A stretch of DNA of 36,896 bases, taken from NCBI GenBank assembly GCA_900617105.1, contig UYFQ01000755.1, positions 1 through 36,896 on the forward strand, written 5' to 3'. The translations under genes were made by a program, and so were the position numbers. The stretch is from Hydrurus foetidus (taxonomy: Eukaryota). This document shows positions 33,829 to 36,896 of this stretch, one piece after another; positions within the stretch are counted from its first letter, which is position 1; the number at the start of each line of letters is the position of its first letter. The notes under the pieces are model-generated. The model had not been told where the DNA came from and did no database searches. It saw only the letters and a list, made by a program, of their open reading frames with translations.

Positions 33829-36800
33829 ATAAAAAAAAAAATAGCAGCAAAAAAATGGAAAGAGTTCAAAAACAGTAGAAGTAAATCGACGGACTACGAC
33901 TGTAGACTAATGATGCTGCGAATTTATTAGACGATGTATTCTAATTAAAGAAAAGAAATTTCACTACGGTGTTGCGATCTTTTTGGTTAGAGGCGGGGTG
34001 GCACCTAAAGTTACAGGTGGATATGGACGAGGAAGTAAACTTAAGGTTGGTGAGTGAGATTAGAATCAAAGACTGAGAGGAGACAGAGGGGGATGACTTT
34101 CGTGTAAAAACTGTAGGTCTATATGAGGGGAAAAAATTTAAAACCTCCACAGAAAAACGAAAATCCTACGGATAGAGGGGAGTGGGGTAGAGTGCAGTGG
34201 GGGTCCGTTGGGGTGACGTCGAGGTGGGGAGGTCGAGGGGTGGTCGTCAAAAGAGTCATCAAATGGAGTCAAAGTTCTCGAAAAAAGAACAAAGTCATCG
34301 TCATCGAAAGTCTCGGAAAATTATCGTCAACAAATCAAAAAACAAAAGTTAAGTCAATAAAGAAAAAGTCCGGAAGTCTATCTCGTAAAATTCGTCGAAG
34401 GGAAGATGGATGTGAAGTCGGGATCCGCGTGGAGAGATTGTGTGTAGCGCACTAGAGGGGAGAGGTTAAGTTGGATAGTGCGAGGGGTGCGGGGTGTCTT
34501 AAAGATGATGGGGGTTATAGAGTGAGTAAAGGTGTTAGAAACTTTTGTGAGGCGAGAAGTGAGGAGGGTAGAGCGGGGAGGGATACTGGCGAACCAGATA
34601 TTGAGGTCAGATGCAATGTAGCCACGTGCCAGGAGGCGTGCGAAGAAGAGGTTCTTGATAGAATGGTAGTCTAGGTCAGAGGAGCAGAATGTACGATAGC
34701 GTTTAAGTTCAGCAATAACAATCGAGGAGAAGTTAGAGTGAGCAGAGAATTGAGGGATGTATAGATAGCTATTCATAGGTTTCTGGTAGACAATGGTGTC
34801 AAACAGTTGAGAGTCAGTGAAGCGAGGGCCTTTAAGAAGTTTAATGTCCATGAATATGCCCGAGTGTAGAGAGATGTCATGAGTTATGTGTATGTTGAGT
34901 GGGCGGAGATTGTTATATGTGGTGAGGAAGAGTTTGGATGAGTAAACGTCATCAAAGATAGCGATGATGTCGTCGACGAAACGTTTATATAGGGTGGGTG
35001 GAGTGAAGAGGGGATCAAGGTGGCAGGTTGTAAAGCATTCGATTTCAAGCATTGAAAGATAGATGTTGGCAAATGTGACAGCGAGTGGGGTACCCATAGC
35101 GGTACCCTTAATTTGAAGCCATGTACTATCCCCAAAGGTAATGTAGTTGTTACAAAGTACGAATTGTGTGAGGGATAGTATTAGGTGGATAGTGGGTAGG
35201 GGAATTATAGCGAGAGCAAGAGCTTTATGAAGTTGCTTGAGGCCATCGTTGATGTCGATAGAGGGATAGAGGCTAACGACGTCAGCTGTGAAGATGATTG
35301 AGGAGGAGGAGTAGGTTGTGGTGTTGAGGATATGTAATAGAGCAAAGCTGTCTTTAATGAAGGAGGGGTAGGATCGCATGATAGGTTGAAGTAGGGAGTC
35401 GATGTATTTAGAGGCAAAGACAGTAGGAGATTTAATGCCTGAGACAATGGGGCGGCCAGAGAGGGGGGTTTTGTGTACTTTTATGAGTAAATAAAATTTG
35501 GCGAGTGTAAGTGGGAGATGTTCAAGTTGGAGTAGGTATTTAGCAAGTTTTGTGAGGGTGCGGGAGTGCGGTGAGAGGAGATGTAAAGAAGGTTGTTGTT
35601 GTGGAGTACTAGGCGAAGTCTAGCGAAGAGGAGATTAGAGGTTGGGGTAGGTTCGTTAGGGGAGGGGAGGCGAATATAGGTGGAGGTGTCATTGAGTTGG
35701 CGTAGTACTTCTGAAGTGTACCACGCTGTGTCAACAACACATACACCCAGGTTCTTGTCCGCATTTTTAATTATGATAGAGGAATCGTTTTTAAGTGATG
35801 TAACTATATTGTGGAGAGTTTTGTTGCGAGGTGTAAAGGAGAATGGTATGGAGGTGAGGCGATGAGTAATGGCAGATCGTACGGTGGCGAGGTAGTGTTC
35901 AATGTGAGAAGATGCTTTAGAGGGGATAAATGAAGGATTGGGGACGCGAAGTAGGGTGTCGCCAGGGAGGGAGGAGGAGGTTAAAGGGTTAGCGAACATC
36001 TTACGTATGCGAACAGAGCGTTCGAAATTGTCTAGGGAGGTGAGAATGGTTTTGTCGGATGAGTTAGGTGGGGTGCAGATAAAGGAGAGCCCTAGGGAGA
36101 GGACTAGTTGCTCGGAATCGGTAAGTACCTTTGAGCTGAGGTTGTGAATACCTCTATTTGTTATGGTATTGAAGATGGGGGGAAGGTGTAGTGGGGGAGC
36201 AAAGTTTGCGTCAGGGAATGGGGTATGGTTGTGTGGGGTGTGAGCGCAAGGGGTTAAGGGAGGTATGATGGAGGGGTGGGGAAGGGGGGGCGTTAAGGTT
36301 GGGGGACGGAGTAGGTTGAGAAAGGAAGGTACAGGAGGGAGTAGCGGGGGAAGGCGGGGGTTGACGTGGAGACGCAAAGGGGTGTAGGACGAGGTGGGTT
36401 GCGATGAGGAATAGAGGGATGTAAAGGAGTAAGGGGATGTGGTCTGGGGCGTTGGGGAGCCCTGGGTATTGGTGGGCAGGGATGAGGTTAGGGAGGGGGT
36501 GTTACCAATTAGTGTTTGCCAATGCTGGCACCGCGACAGTTGTCGGGAAGGGAGTGATCCGTCTGGATTCGACGGGAGTGTTCGAAGGCAGATAGAGTCT
36601 GGCAGGGGAGGAGGGGAGGGCATGAGGGGAGTGTGGCAGGAGAGCGAGTAGGGTGTCGTAAGGGGGTTGGATGGAGAGCGGTGTTCCAGATTGATTGAGA
36701 GATAGCGGGTGCGATGTTGAGAGGGGCAATGAGAGGGGCGGGCCGTCTGTCTGCCAAGGACGGAGCCGTGAAGTTTTTTAGTGAGGTGGTAAACGAATAT

Positions 36801-36896
36801 TGTGTTCTTTTATATAAAGATTTTTTAACGGAGCGAGAGAGTTTTAGTGTGGGAGCGAGGTCGAGGGGCGAGGCCGGGGATAGAAGAGACTGGGAA
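33829..36896 (-). mobile_element. Penelope-like retroelement, 5' end beyond the window
   Basis: PLE-type RT ORF, a strongly C/T-rich coding strand, and a ~550-nt 3' region ending in a T-run at the junction. Confidence 0.88.
34378..36623 (-). pseudogene. PLE reverse transcriptase, frameshifted near 35560
   Basis: HNLSS..LSLGLSFICTP and IIKNADKNLG; after the frameshift AKFYLLIKVHK..GRPIVS, ADVVSLYPSI, GTAMGTP..ANIY, RFVDD, FMDI, YQKP..YLY..SAH, RLLARGY. Confidence 0.9.

Noticed and set aside
26571..36757. Numerous short antisense/overlapping ORFs in the track
   Set aside because: Shadows of Copia, transposase and PLE coding sequence, with no independent motifs.

Overview
Eukaryotic, almost entirely repeat/transposon-derived DNA. 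GT-AG introns of 70-80 nt and the TE families suggest a stramenopile or other protist (inference). No host gene, rRNA, tRNA or CRISPR array is recognisable. Left to right: probable 3' remnant of a Penelope-like element (PLE); a 1.07-kb TIR element with an apparent 5-bp TSD; a complete two-gene PIF/Harbinger transposon (2604-6573, TGA TSD); a Tourist-like MITE (6595-6852, TCA TSD); an (ATGTG)n-type microsatellite; a 16-kb array of ~205 copies of a 78-bp unit varying at a single A/C site, followed by a Helitron-like 3' end; an unassigned ORF; and a decayed Ty1/Copia element (3' LTR 26169-26457). The Copia is split by a 3.5-kb PHIS-type (Harbinger/Pangu-like) transposon with 85-bp TIRs and ACT TSD, and is truncated in gag at a 19-bp fold-back junction by a PLE whose RT has no visible GIY-YIG domain. 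The most unusual items are the 78-bp array (binary variant, one uninterrupted reading frame, resemblance to the nearby Harbinger/MITE junction), the fold-back PLE junction and the unclassified TIR element. All alignments and counts were done by eye.
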